Origin: Auanema rhodensis
Lineage: Eukaryota; Animalia; Nematoda
Assembly: GCA_964057225.1 (NCBI GenBank)
Contig: OZ059900.1
Span: 2,356,001 to 2,420,000, forward strand
DNA: 64,000 nt
Reading direction: 5' to 3'
In this document: in pieces, positions 13,931-29,500 of the stretch
How positions within the stretch are numbered: position 1 is the first letter of the stretch
Layout of the letters: every line of letters starts with the position of its first letter
Notes under the pieces: generated by a model
What the model saw: the letters and a program-made list of their open reading frames with translations, nothing else
Told to the model about the DNA's origin: nothing
Database searches by the model: none
Made by a program: the position numbers and the translations under genes

Positions 13931-16900
13931 ATTTTCCGAGTTTTGAGTCTAATTTGGCTAAATCGCTCATATACATGATCAGAAGCATAGTTTTATTGTC
14001 TATGACAACAAAAGTCATCAATTAAACGCTAGTGATGTTTAAATACTGATTTTCGCTCAAATAGCATTACTACACTAAGTATGGTCGTTTTTATGCCTTT
14101 AACACCATATACTCACCGATTTTTGGTACAAAATCTGTAATACTCGTAAATTTTGATCATATTCGTTAAGATTTGAGAATCAAACATACAATACACAAAA
14201 TCAGTCTATTTTTATGAGCTTGCACTGATATATATTCATTTTGATCAAAAAAGGTCGAAAATAGAAAGAATTTTTGAAATTTCCGAGTTTTGAGTCTAAT
14301 TTGGCTAAATCGCTCATATATATGATCAAAAGCATAGTTTTACTGTCTATGATAACAAAAGTCTTCAAATATACACTAATAATGTGTAAATCACTGAATT
14401 TCACTCAAATAGCTTTACTACACTAAGTATGGTCGTTTTTATGCCTTTAACACCATATACTCAACGATTTTTGGTACAAAATCTGTAATACTCGTAAATT
14501 TTGATCATATTCGTTAAGATTTGAGAATCAAACATACAATACACAAAATCAGTCTATTTTTATAAGCTTGCACTGATATATATTCATTTTGATCAAAAAA
14601 GGTCGAAAATAGAAAGAATTTTTGAAATTTCCGAGTTTTGAGTCTAATTTGGCTAAATCGCTCATATATATGATCAAAAGCATAGTTTTACTGTCTATGA
14701 TAACAAAAGTCTTCAAATATACACTAATAATGTGTAAATCACTGAATTTCACTCAAATAGCTTTACTACACTAAGTATGGTCGTTTTTATGCCTTTAACA
14801 CCATATACTCAACGATTTTTGGTACAAAATCTGTAATACTCGTAAATTTTGATCATATTCGTTAAGATTTGAGAATCAAACATACAATACACAAAATCAG
14901 TCTATTTTTATGAGCTTGCACTGATATATATTCATTTTGATCAAAAAAGGTCGAAAATAGAAAGAATTTTTGAAATTTCCGAGTTTTGAGTCTAATTTGG
15001 CTAAATCGCTCATATACATGATCAGAAGCATAGTTTTATTGTCTATGACAACAAAAGTCATCAATTAAACGCTAGTGATGTTTAAATACTGATTTTCGCT
15101 CAAATAGCATTACTACACTAAGTATGGTCGTTTTTATGCCTTTAACACCATATACTCACCGATTTTTGGTACAAAATCTGTAATACTCGTAAATTTCGAT
15201 CATATTCGTTAAGATTTGAAAATCAAACACACAATAAACAAAATCGGTCTATTTTTATGAGTTTGCACTGATATATATTCATTTTGATCAAAAAAGGTCG
15301 AAAATAGAAAGAATTTTTGAATTTTCCGAGTTTTGAGTCCAATTGGGCTAAATCGCTCATATATATGATCAAAAGCATAGTTTTACTGTCTATGATAACA
15401 AAAGTCTTCAAATATACACTAATAATGATTAAATCACTGAATTTCACTCAAATAGCATTACTACACTAAGTATGGTCGTTTTTATGCCTTTAACACCATA
15501 TACTCAACGATTTTTGGTACAAAATCTGTAATACTCGTAAATTTTGATCATATTCGTTAAGATTTGAGAATCAAACATACAATACACAAAATCAGTCTAT
15601 TTTTATGAGCTTGCACTGATATATATTCATTTTGATCAAAAAAGGTCGAAAATAGAAAGAATTTTTGAAATTTCCGAGTTTTGAGTCTAATTTGGCTAAA
15701 TCGCTCATATACATGATCAGAAGCATAGTTTTATTGTCTATGACAACAAAAGTCATCAATTAAACGCTAGTGATGTTTAAATACTGATTTTCGCTCAAAT
15801 AGCATTACTACACTAAGTATGGTCGTTTTTATGCCTTTAACACCATATACTCACCGATTTTTGGTACAAAATCTGTAATACTCGTAAATTTTGATCATAT
15901 TCGTTAAGATTTGAAAATCAAACACACAATAAACAATATCAGTCTATTTTTATGAGTTTGCACTGATATATATTCATATTGATCAAAAAAGGTCGAAAAT
16001 AGAAAGAATTTTTGAATTTTCCGAGTTTTGAGTCCAATTGGGCTAAATCGCTCATATATATGATCAAAAGCATAGTTTTACTGTCTATGATAACAAAAGT
16101 CTTCAAATATACACTAATAATGATTAAATCACTGAATTTCACTCAAATAGCATTACTACACTAAGTATGGTCGTTTTTATGCCTTTAACACCATATACTC
16201 ACCGATTTTTGGTACAAAATCTGTAATACTCGTAAATTTTGATCATATTCGTTAAGATTTGAGAATCAAACATACAATACACAAAATCAGTCTATTTTTA
16301 TGAGCTTGCACTGATATATATTCATTTTGATCAAAAAAGGTCGAAAATAGAAAGAATTTTTGAAATTTCCGAGTTTTGAGTCTAATTTGGCTAAATCGCT
16401 CATATATATGATCAAAAGCATAGTTTTACTGTCTATGATAACAAAAGTCTTCAAATATACACTAATAATGTGTAAATCACTGAATTTCACTCAAATAGCT
16501 TTACTACACTAAGTATGGTCGTTTTTATGCCTTTAACACCATATACTCAACGATTTTTGGTACAAAATCTGTAATACTCGTAAATTTTGATCATATTCGT
16601 TAAGATTTGAGAATCAAACATACAATACACAAAATCAGTCTATTTTTATGAGCTTGCACTGATATATATTCATTTTGATCAAAAAAGGTCGAAAATAGAA
16701 AGAATTTTTGAAATTTCCGAGTTTTGAGTCTAATTTGGCTAAATCGCTCATATACATGATCAGAAGCATAGTTTTATTGTCTATGACAACAAAAGTCATC
16801 AATTAAACGCTAGTGATGTTTAAATACTGATTTTCGCTCAAATAGCATTACTACACTAAGTATGGTCGTTTTTATGCCTTTAACACCATATACTCACCGA

Positions 16901-18699
16901 TTTTTGGTACAAAATCTGTAATACTCGTAAATTTCGATCATATTCGTTAAGATTTGAAAATCAAACACACAATAAACAAAATCAGTCTAGTTTTATGAGT
17001 TTGCACTGATATATATTCATTTTGATCAAAAAAGGTCGAAAATAGAAAGAATTTTTGAATTTTCCGAGTTTTGAGTCCAATTGGGCTAAATCGCTCATAT
17101 ATATGATCAAAAGCATAGTTTTACTGTCTATGATAACAAAAGTCTTCAAATATACACTAATAATGATTAAATCACTGAATTTCACTCAAATAGCATTACT
17201 ACACTAAGTATGGTCGTTTTTATGCCTTTAACACCATATACTCACCGATTTTTGGTACAAAATCTGTGATACTTGTAAATTTTGATCATATTCGTTAAGA
17301 TTTGAAAATCAAACACACAATAAACAAAATCAGTCTATTTTTATGAGTTTGCACTGATATATATTCATTTTAAACAAAAAAGGTCGAAAATAGAAAGAAT
17401 TTTTGAAATTTCCGAGTTTTGAGTCTAATTTGGCTAAATCGCTCATATATAAGATCAAAAGCATAGTTTTACTGTCTATGATAACAAAAGTCTTCAAATT
17501 TACACTAATAATGTGTAAATCACTGAATTTCACTCAAATAGCTTTACTACACTAAGTATGGTCGTTTTTATGCCTTTAACACCATATACTCACCGATTTT
17601 TGGTACAAAATCTGTAATACTCGTAAATTTTGATCATATTCGTTAAGATTTGAGAATCAAACATACAATACACAAAATCAGTCTATTTTTATGAGCTTGC
17701 ACTGATATATATTCATTTTGATCAAAAAAGATCGAAAATAGAAAGAATTTTTGAAATTTCCGAGTTTTGAGTCTAATTTGGCTAAATCGCTCATATATAT
17801 GATCAAAAGCATAGTTTTACTGTCTATGATAACAAAAGTCTTCAAATATACACTAATAATGTGTAAATCACTGAATTTCACTCAAATAGCTTTACTACAC
17901 TAAGTATGGTCGTTTTTATGCCTTTAACACCATATACTCAACGATTTTTGGTACAAAATCTGTAATACTCGTAAATTTTGATCATATTCGTTAAGATTTG
18001 AGAATCAAACATACAATACACAAAATCAGTCTATTTTTATGAGCTTGCACTGATATATATTCATTTTGATCAAAAAAGGTCGAAAATAGAAAGAATTTTT
18101 GAAATTTCCGAGTTTTGAGTCTAATTTGGCTAAATCGCTCATATACATGATCAGAAGCATAGTTTTATTGTCTATGACAACAAAAGTCATCAATTAAACG
18201 CTAGTGATGTTTAAATACTGATTTTCGCTCAAATAGCATTACTACACTAAGTATGGTCGTTTTTATGCCTTTAACACCATATACTCACCGATTTTTGGTA
18301 CAAAATCTGTAATACTCGTAAATTTTGATCATATTCGTTAAGATTTGAAAATCAAACACACAATAAACAATATCAGTCTATTTTTATGAGTTTGCACTGA
18401 TATATATTCATATTGATCAAAAAAGGTCGAAAATAGAAAGAATTTTTGAATTTTCCGAGTTTTGAGTCCAATTGGGCTAAATCGCTCATATATATGATCA
18501 AAAGCATAGTTTTACTGTCTATGATAACAAAAGTCTTCAAATATACACTAATAATGATTAAATCACTGAATTTCACTCAAATAGCATTACTACACTAAGT
18601 ATGGTCGTTTTTATGCCTTTAACACCATATACTCACCGATTTTTGGTACAAAATCTGTGATACTCGTAAATTTTGATCATATTCGTTAAGATTTGAAAA

Positions 18700-21600
18700 T
18701 CAAACACACAATAAACAAAATCAGTCTATTTTTATGAGTTTGCACTGATATATATTCATTTTAAACAAAAAAGGTCGAAAATAGAAAGAATTTTTGAAAT
18801 TTCCGAGTTTTGAGTCTAATTTGGCTAAATCGCTCATATATAAGATCAAAAGCATAGTTTTACTGTCTATGATAACAAAAGTCTTCAAATTTACACTAAT
18901 AATGTGTAAATCACTGAATTTCACTCAAATAGCTTTACTACACTAAGTATGGTCGTTTTTATGCCTTTAACACCATATACTCACCGATTTTTGGTACAAA
19001 ATCTGTAATACTCGTAAATTTTGATCATATTCGTTAAGATTTGAGAATCAAACATACAATACACAAAATCAGTCTATTTTTACAAGTTTGCACTGATATA
19101 TATTCATTTTGATCAAAAAAGGTCGAAAATAGAAAGAATTTTTGAATTTTCCGAGTTTTGAGTCCAATTGGGCTAAATCGCTCATATATATGATCAAAAG
19201 CATAGTTTTACTGTCTATGATAACAAAAGTCTTCAAATATACACTAATAATGATTAAATCACTGAATTTCACTCAAATAGCATTACTACACTAAGTATGG
19301 TCGTTTTTATGCCTTTAACACCATATACTCACCGATTTTTGGTACAAAATCTGTAATACTCGTGAATTTTGATCATATTCGTTAAGATTTGAAAATCAAA
19401 CACACAATAAACAAAATCAGTCTATTTTTACAAGTTTGCACTGATATATATTCATTTTGATCAAAAAAGGTCGAAAATAGAAAGAATTTTTGAATTTTCC
19501 GAGTTTTGAGTCCAATTGGGCTAAATCGCTCATATATATGATCAAAAGCATAGTTTTACTGTCTATGATAACAAAAGTCTTCAAATATACACTAATAATG
19601 ATTAAATCACTGAATTTCACTCAAATAGCATTACTACACTAAGTATGGTCGTTTTTATGCCTTTAACACCATATACTCACCGATTTTTGGTACAAAATCT
19701 GTGATACTCGTAAATTTTGATCATATTCGTTAAGATTTGAGAATCAAACATACAATACACAAAATCAGTCTATTTTTATGAGCTTGCACTGATATATATT
19801 CATTTTGATCAAAAAAGGTCGAAAATAGAAAGAATTTTTGAAATTTCCGAGTTTTGAGTCTAATTTGGCTAAATCGCTCATATATATGATCAAAAGCATA
19901 GTTTTACTGTCTATGATAACAAAAGTCTTCAAATATACACTAATAATGATTAAATCACTGATTTTCAGTCAAATAGCATTACTACACTAAGTATGGTCGT
20001 TTTTATGCCTTTAACACCATATACTCACCGATTTTTGGTTCAAAATCTGTAATACTTGTAAATTTTGATCATATTTGTTAAGATTCGAGAATCAAACACA
20101 TAATACACGAAATAAGTCTATTTTTACAAGTTTGCACTGATATTTATTCATTTTGATCAAAAAAGGTCGAAAATAGAAAGAATTTTTGAAATTTCCGAGT
20201 TTTGAGTCCAATTTGGCTAAATCGCTCATATATAAGATCAAAAGCATAGTTTTATTGTCTATAACAACAAAAGTCATCAATTAAACGCTAGTGATATTTA
20301 AATACTGATTTTCGCTCAAGTAGCATTACTACACTAAGTATGGTCGTTTTTATGCCTTTAACACCATATACTCACCGATTTTTGGTACAAAATCTGTAAT
20401 ACTTGTAAATTTTGATCATATTCGTTAAGATTTGAGAATCGAACATACAATACACAAAATCAGTCTATTTTTACAAGTTTGCACTGATATTTATTCATTT
20501 TGATCAAAAAAGGTCGAAAATAGAAAGAATTTTTGAAATTTCCGAGTTTTGAGTCCAATTTGGCTAAATCGCTCATATATATGATCAAAAGCATAGTTTT
20601 ATTGTCTATGACAACAAAAGTCATCAATTAAACGCTAGTGATATTTAAATACTGATTTTCGCTCAAGTAGCATTACTACACTAAGTATGGTCGTTTTTAT
20701 GCCTTTAACACCATATACTCACCGATTTTTGGTACAAAATCTGTAATACTCGTAAAATTTGATCATATTTGTTAAGATTTGAGAATCAAACACACAATAC
20801 ACAAAATCAGTCTATTTTTATGAGTTTACACTGATATATCTTCATTTTCATCAAAAAAGGTCGAAAATAGAAAGAATTTTTGAATTTTCCGAGTTTTGAG
20901 TCGAATTGGGCTAAATCGCTCATATATATGATCAAAAGCATAGTTTTACTGTCTATGATAACAAAAGTCTTCAAATATACACTAATAATGATTAAATCAC
21001 TGAATTTCACTCAAATAGCATTACTACACTAAGTATGGTCGTTTTTATGCCTTTAACACCATATACTCACCGATTTTTGGTACAAAATCTGTAATACTTG
21101 TAAATTTTGATCATATTTGTTAAGATTCGAGAATCAAACACACAATAAACAAAATCAGTCTATTTTTATGAGTTTGCACTGATATATATTCATTTTAAAC
21201 AAAAAAGGTCGAAAATAGAAAGAATTTTTGAAATTTCCGAGTTTTGAGTCTAATTTGGCTAAATCGCTCATATATAAGATCAAAAGCATAGTTTTACTGT
21301 CTATGATAACAAAAGTCTTCAAATTTACACTAATAATGTGTAAATCACTGAATTTCACTCAAATAGCTTTACTACACTAAGTATGGTCGTTTTTATGCCT
21401 TTAACACCATATACTCACCGATTTTTGGTACAAAATCTGTAATACTCGTAAATTTTGATCATATTCGTTAAGATTTGAGAATCAAACATACAATACACAA
21501 AATCAGTCTATTTTTACAAGTTTGCACTGATATATATTCATTTTGATCAAAAAAGGTCGAAAATAGAAAGAATTTTTGAATTTTCCGAGTTTTGAGTCCA

Positions 21601-23570
21601 ATTGGGCTAAATCGCTCATATATATGATCAAAAGCATAGTTTTACTGTCTATGATAACAAAAGTCTTCAAATATACACTAATAATGATTAAATCACTGAA
21701 TTTCACTCAAATAGCATTACTACACTAAGTATGGTCGTTTTTATGCCTTTAACACCATATACTCACCGATTTTTGGTACAAAATCTGTAATACTCGTGAA
21801 TTTTGATCATATTCGTTAAGATTTGAAAATCAAACACACAATAAACAAAATCAGTCTATTTTTACAAGTTTGCACTGATATATATTCATTTTGATCAAAA
21901 AAGGTCGAAAATAGAAAGAATTTTTGAATTTTCCGAGTTTTGAGTCCAATTGGGCTAAATCGCTCATATATATGATCAAAAGCATAGTTTTACTGTCTAT
22001 GATAACAAAAGTCTTCAAATATACACTAATAATGATTAAATCACTGAATTTCACTCAAATAGCATTACTACACTAAGTATGGTCGTTTTTATGCCTTTAA
22101 CACCATATACTCACCGATTTTTGGTACAAAATCTGTGATACTCGTAAATTTTGATCATATTCGTTAAGATTTGAGAATCAAACATACAATACACAAAATC
22201 AGTCTATTTTTATGAGCTTGCACTGATATATATTCATTTTGATCAAAAAAGGTCGAAAATAGAAAGAATTTTTGAAATTTCCGAGTTTTGAGTCTAATTT
22301 GGCTAAATCGCTCATATATATGATCAAAAGCATAGTTTTACTGTCTATGATAACAAAAGTCTTCAAATATACACTAATAATGATTAAATCACTGATTTTC
22401 AGTCAAATAGCATTACTACACTAAGTATGGTCGTTTTTATGCCTTTAACACCATATACTCACCGATTTTTGGTTCAAAATCTGTAATACTTGTAAATTTT
22501 GATCATATTTGTTAAGATTCGAGAATCAAACACATAATACACGAAATAAGTCTATTTTTACAAGTTTGCACTGATATTTATTCATTTTGATCAAAAAAGG
22601 TCGAAAATAGAAAGAATTTTTGAAATTTCCGAGTTTTGAGTCCAATTTGGCTAAATCGCTCATATATAAGATCAAAAGCATAGTTTTATTGTCTATAACA
22701 ACAAAAGTCATCAATTAAACGCTAGTGATATTTAAATACTGATTTTCGCTCAAGTAGCATTACTACACTAAGTATGGTCGTTTTTATGCCTTTAACACCA
22801 TATACTCACCGATTTTTGGTACAAAATCTGTAATACTTGTAAATTTTGATCATATTCGTTAAGATTTGAGAATCGAACATACAATACACAAAATCAGTCT
22901 ATTTTTACAAGTTTGCACTGATATTTATTCATTTTGATCAAAAAAGGTCGAAAATAGAAAGAATTTTTGAAATTTCCGAGTTTTGAGTCCAATTTGGCTA
23001 AATCGCTCATATATATGATCAAAAGCATAGTTTTATTGTCTATGACAACAAAAGTCATCAATTAAACGCTAGTGATATTTAAATACTGATTTTCGCTCAA
23101 GTAGCATTACTACACTAAGTATGGTCGTTTTTATGCCTTTAACACCATATACTCACCGATTTTTGGTACAAAATCTGTAATACTCGTAAAATTTGATCAT
23201 ATTTGTTAAGATTTGAGAATCAAACACACAATACACAAAATCAGTCTATTTTTATGAGTTTACACTGATATATCTTCATTTTCATCAAAAAAGGTCGAAA
23301 ATAGAAAGAATTTTTGAATTTTCCGAGTTTTGAGTCGAATTGGGCTAAATCGCTCATATATATGATCAAAAGCATAGTTTTACTGTCTATGATAACAAAA
23401 GTCTTCAAATATACACTAATAATGATTAAATCACTGAATTTCACTCAAATAGCATTACTACACTAAGTATGGTCGTTTTTATGCCTTTAACACCATATAC
23501 TCACCGATTTTTGGTACAAAATCTGTAATACTTGTAAATTTTGATCATATTTGTTAAGATTCGAGAATCA
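18700..23570. repeat. 7-monomer higher-order repeat, period 2434 bp, 2 tandem copies (cluster 1)
   Basis: ORF pairs 18721/21155, 19069/21503, 19417/21851, 20092/22526 and 20807/23241 all differ by 2434. The markers GGTTCAAAA, CGTGAATTTT and TATCTTCATTTTCATC recur at the same period. Confidence 0.93.
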
Positions 23571-26500
23571 AACACATAATACACAAAATAAGTCTATTTT
23601 TACAAGTTTGCACTGATATTTATTCATTTTGATCAAAAAAGGTCGAAAATAGAAAGAATTTTTGAAATTTCCGAGTTTTGAGTCCAATTTGGCTAAATCG
23701 CTCATATATATGATCAAAAGCATAGTTTTATTGTCTATAACAACAAAAGTCATCAATTAAACGCTAGTGATGTTTAAATACTGAACTTCGCTCAAATAGC
23801 ATTACTACACTAAGTATGGTCGTTTTTATGCCTTTAACACCATATACTCACCGATTTTTGGTACAAAATCTGTAATACTCGTAAATTTTGATCATATTCG
23901 TTAAGATTTGAGAATCAAACATACAATAAACAAAATCAGTCCATTTTTATGAGCTTGCACTGATATATATTCATTTTGATCAAAAAAGGTCGAAAATAGA
24001 AAGAATTTTTGAAATTTCCGAGTTTTGAGTCTAATTTGGCTAAATCGCTCATATATATGATCAAAAGCATAGTTTTATTGTCTATAACAACAAAAGTCAT
24101 CAATTAAACGCTAGTGATGTTTAAATACTGAATTTCGCTCAAGTAGCATTACTACACTAAGTATGGTCGTTTTTATGCCTTTAACACCATATACTCACCG
24201 ATTTTTGGTACAAAATCTGTAATACTCGTAAAATTTGATCATATTTGTTAAGATTTGAGAATCAAACACACAATACACAAAATCAGTCTATTTTTATGAG
24301 TTTACACTGATATATATTCATTTTTATCAAAAAAGGTCGAAAATAGAAAGAATTTTTGAATTTTCCGAGTTTTGAGTCGAATTGGGCTAAATCGCTCATA
24401 TATATGATCAAAAGCATAGTTTTACTGTCTATGATAACAAAAGTCTTCAAATATACACTAATAATGATTAAATCACTGAATTTCACTCAAATAGCATTAC
24501 TACACTAAGTATGGTCGTTTTTATGCCTTTAACACCATATACTCACCGATTTTTGGTACAAAATCTGTAATACTTGTAAATTTTGATCATATTTGTTAAG
24601 ATTCGAGAATCAAACACATAATACACAAAATAAGTCTATTTTTACAAGTTTGCACTGATATTTATTCATTTTGATCAAAAAAGGTCGAAAATAGAAAGAA
24701 TTTTTGAAATTTCCGAGTTTTGAGTCCAATTTGGCTAAATCGCTCATATATATGATCAAAAGCATAGTTTTATTGTCTATAACAACAAAAGTCATCAATT
24801 AAACGCTAGTGATGTTTAAATACTGAATTTCGCTCAAATAGCATTACTACACTAAGTATGGTCGTTTTTATGCCTTTAACACCATATACTCACCGATTTT
24901 TGGTACAAAATCTGTAATACTCGTAAATTTTGATCATATTCGTTAAGATTTGAGAATCAAACATACAATACACAAAATCAGTCTATTTTTATGAGCTTGC
25001 ACTGATATATATTCATTTTGATCAAAAAAGGTCGAAAATAGAAAGAATTTTTGAAATTTCCGAGTTTTGAGTCTAATTTGGCTAAATCGCTCATATATAT
25101 GATCAAAAGCATAGTTTTATTGTCTATGACAACAAAAGTCATCAATTAAACGCTAGTGATGTTTAAATACTGAATTTCGCTCAAATAGCATTACTACACT
25201 AAGTATGGTCGTTTTTATGCCTTTAACACCATATACTCACCGATTTTTGGTACAAAATCTGTAATACTCGTAAATTTTGATCATATTCGGTGAGATTCGA
25301 GAATCAAACACACAATACACGAAATAAGTTTATTTTGACGAGTTTGCACTGGTATTTATTCATTTTGATCAAAAAAGGTCGAAAATAGAAAGAATTTTTG
25401 AATTTTCCGAGTTTTGAGTCCAATTTGGCTAAATCGCTCATATATATGATCAAAAGCATAGTTTTACTGTCTATGATAACAAAAGTCTTCAAATATACAC
25501 TAATAATGATTGAATCACTGAATTTCACTCAAATAGCATTACTACACTAAGTATGGTCGTTTTTATGCCTTTAACACCATATACTCACCGATTTTTGGTA
25601 CAAAATCTGTGATACTCGTAAATTTTGATCATATTTGGTGAGATTCGAGAATCGAACACACAATACACAAAATAAGTCTATTTTTACGAGTTTGCACTGA
25701 TATTTATTCATTTTGATCAAAAAAGGTCGAAAATAGAAAGAATTTTTGAAATTTCCGAGTTTTGAGTCTAATTTGGCTAAATCGCTCATATATATGATCA
25801 AAAGCATAGTTTTACTGTCTATGATAACAAAAGTCTTCAAATATACACTAATAATGTGTAAATCACTGAATTTCACTCAAATAGCTTTACTACACTAAGT
25901 ATGGTCGTTTTTATGCCTTTAACACCATATACTCACCGATTTTTGGTACAAAATCTGTAATACTCGTAAATTTCGATCATATTCGTTAAGATTCGAGAAT
26001 CAAACACACAATACACGAAATAAGTTTATTTTTACGAGTTTGCACTGATATTTATTCATTTTGATCAAAAAAGGTCGAAAATAGAAAGAATTTTTGAATT
26101 TTCCGAGTTTTGAGTCCAATTGGGCTAAATCGCTCATATATATGATCAAAAGCATAGTTTCACTGTCTATGATAACAAAAGTCTTCAAATATACACTAGT
26201 AATGATTAAATCACTGAATTTCACTCGAATAGCTTTACTACACTAAGTATGGTCGTTTTTATGCCTTTAACACCATATACTCACCGATTTTTGGTACAAA
26301 ATCTGTAATACTCGTAAATTTTGATCATATCCGTTAAGATTCGAGAATCAAACACACAATACACGAAATAAGTTTATTTTTACGAGTTTGCACTGATATT
26401 TATTCATTTTGATCAAAAAAGGTCGAAAATAGAAAGAATTTTTGAATTTTCCGAGTTTTGAGTCCAATTGGGCTAAATCGCTCATATATATGATCAAAAG

Positions 26501-29500
26501 CATAGTTTCACTGTCTATGATAACAAAAGTCTTCAAATATACACTAGTAATTATTAAATCACTGAATTTCACTCAAATAGCATTACTACACTAAGTATGG
26601 TCGTTTTTATGCCTTTAACACCATATACTCACCGATTTTTGGTACAAAATCTGTAATACTTGTAAATTTTGATCATATTCGTTAAGATTTGAGAATCAAA
26701 CACATAATACACGAAATAAGTCTTTTTTTACAAGTTTGCACTGATATTTATTCATTTTGATCAAAAAAGGTCGAAAATAGAAAGAATTTTTGAAATTTCC
26801 GAGTTTTGAGTCCAATTTGGCTAAATCGCTCATATATATGATCAAAAGCATAGTTCTATTGTCTATAACAACAAAAGTCTTTAATTAAACGCTAGTGATG
26901 TTTTAATACTGAATTTTGCTCAAATAGCATTACTACACTAAGTATGGTCGTTTTTATGCCTTTAACACCATATACTCACCGATTTTTGGTACAAAATCTG
27001 TAATACTTGTAAATTTTGATCATATTCGGTGAGATTCGAGAATCAAACACACAATACACGAAATAAGTTTATTTTGACGAGTTTGCACTGGTATTTATTC
27101 ATTTTGATCAAAAAAGGTCGAAAATAGAAAGAATTTTTGAATTTTCCGAGTTTTGAGTCCAATTTGGCTAAATCGCTCATATATATGATCAAAAGCATAG
27201 TTTTACTGTCTATGATAACAAAAGTCATTAATTAAACACTAATGATGTTTAAGTCACTAAATTTCGCTCTAATAGCATTACTACACTAAGTATGGTCGTT
27301 TTTATACCTTCAACACCATATACTCACCGATTTTTGGTACAAAATCTGTGATACTCGTAAATTTTGATCATATTCGTTAAGATTTGAGAATCAAACACAC
27401 AATACACAATATCAGTCTATTTTTATGAGCTTGCACTGATATATATTCATTTTGATCAAAAAAGGTCGAAAACAGAAAGAATTTTTGAAATTTCCGAGTT
27501 TTGAGTCTAATTTGGCTAAATCGCTCATTTATATGATCAAAAGCATAGTTTTATTGTCTATGACAACAAAAGTCATCAATTAAACGCTAGTGATGTTTAA
27601 ATACTGATTTTCGCTCAAATAGCATTACTACACTAAGTATGGTCGTTTTTATGCCTTTAACACCATATACTCACCGATTTTTGGTACAAAATCTGTAATA
27701 CTTGTAAATTTTGATCATATTCGTTAAGATTCGAGAATCAAACACATAATACACGAAATAAGTCTAGTTTTACAAGTTTGCACTGATATTTATTCATTTT
27801 GATCAAAAAAGGTCGAAAATAGAAAGAATTTTTGAAATTTCCGAGTTTTGAGTCCAATTTGGCTAAATCGCTCATATATAAGATCAAAAGCATAGTTTTA
27901 TTGTCTATAACAACAAAAGTCATCAATTAAACGCTAGTGATATTTAAATACTGATTTTCGCTCAAGTAGCATTACTACACTAAGTATGGTCGTTTTTATG
28001 CCTTTAACACCATATACTCACCGATTTTTGGTACAAAATCTGTAATACTTGTAAATTTTGATCATATTTGTTAAGATTTGAGAATCGAACATACAATACA
28101 CGAAATCAGTCTATTTTTATGAGCTTGCACTGATATATATTCATTTTCATCAAAAAAGGTCGAAAATAGAAAGAATTTTTGAAATTTCCGAGTTTTGAGT
28201 CTAATTTGGCTAAATCGCTCATATATATGATCAAAAGCATAGTTTTACTGTCTATGATAACAAAAGTCATCAATTAAACGCTAGTGATATTTAAATACTG
28301 ATTTTCGCTCAAGTAGCATTTTTACACTAAGTATGGTCGTTTTTATGCCTTTAACACCATATACTCACCGATTTTTGGTACAAAATCTGTAATACTTGTA
28401 AATTTTGATCATATTCGTTAAGATTTGAGAATCGAACATACAATACACAAAATCAGTCTATTTTTACAAGTTTGCACTGATATTTATTCATTTTGATCAA
28501 AAAAGGTCGAAAATAGAAAGAATTTTTGAAATTTCCGAGTTTTGAGTCCAATTTGGCTAAATCGCTCATATATATGATCAAAAGCATAGTTTTATTGTCT
28601 ATGACAACAAAAGTCATCAATTAAACGCTAGTGATATTTAAATACTGATTTTCGCTCAAGTAGCATTACTACACTAAGTATGGTCGTTTTTATGCCTTTA
28701 ACACCATATACTCACCGATTTTTGGTACAAAATCTGTAATACTCGTAAAATTTGATCATATTTGTTAAGATTTGAGAATCAAACACACAATACACAAAAT
28801 CAGTCTATTTTCATGAGTTTACACTGATATATATTCATTTTCATCAAAAAAGGTCGAAAATAGAAAGAATTTTTGAATTTTCCGAGTTTTGAGTCGAATT
28901 GGGCTAAATCGCTCATATATATGATCAAAAGCATAGTTTTACTGTCTATGATAACAAAAGTCTTCAAATATACACTAATAATGATTAAATCACTGAATTT
29001 CACTCAAATAGCATTACTACACTAAGTATGGTCGTTTTTATGCCTTTAACACCATATACTCACCGATTTTTGGTACAAAATCTGTAATACTTGTAAATTT
29101 TGATCATATTTGTTAAGATTCGAGAATCAAACACATAATACACAAAATAAGTCTATTTTTACAAGTTTGCACTGATATTTATTCATTTTGATCAAAAAAG
29201 GTCGAAAATAGAAAGAATTTTTGAAATTTCCGAGTTTTGAGTCCAATTTGGCTAAATCGCTCATATATATGATCAAAAGCATAGTTTTATTGTCTATAAC
29301 AACAAAAGTCATCAATTAAACGCTAGTGATGTTTAAATACTGAATTTCGCTCAAATAGCATTACTACACTAAGTATGGTCGTTTTTATGCCTTTAACACC
29401 ATATACTCACCGGTTTTTTGTACAAAATCTGTAATACTCGTAAATTTTGATCATATTCGTTAAGATTTGAGAATCAAACATACAATACACAAAATCAGTC

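Larger units (their letters stand above)
5740..28350. repeat. Copy 1 of a large intra-array segmental duplication
   Basis: Variant order is collinear with 31460-49550 at offsets 25723, 19118, 20160 and 21202. Confidence 0.88.
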
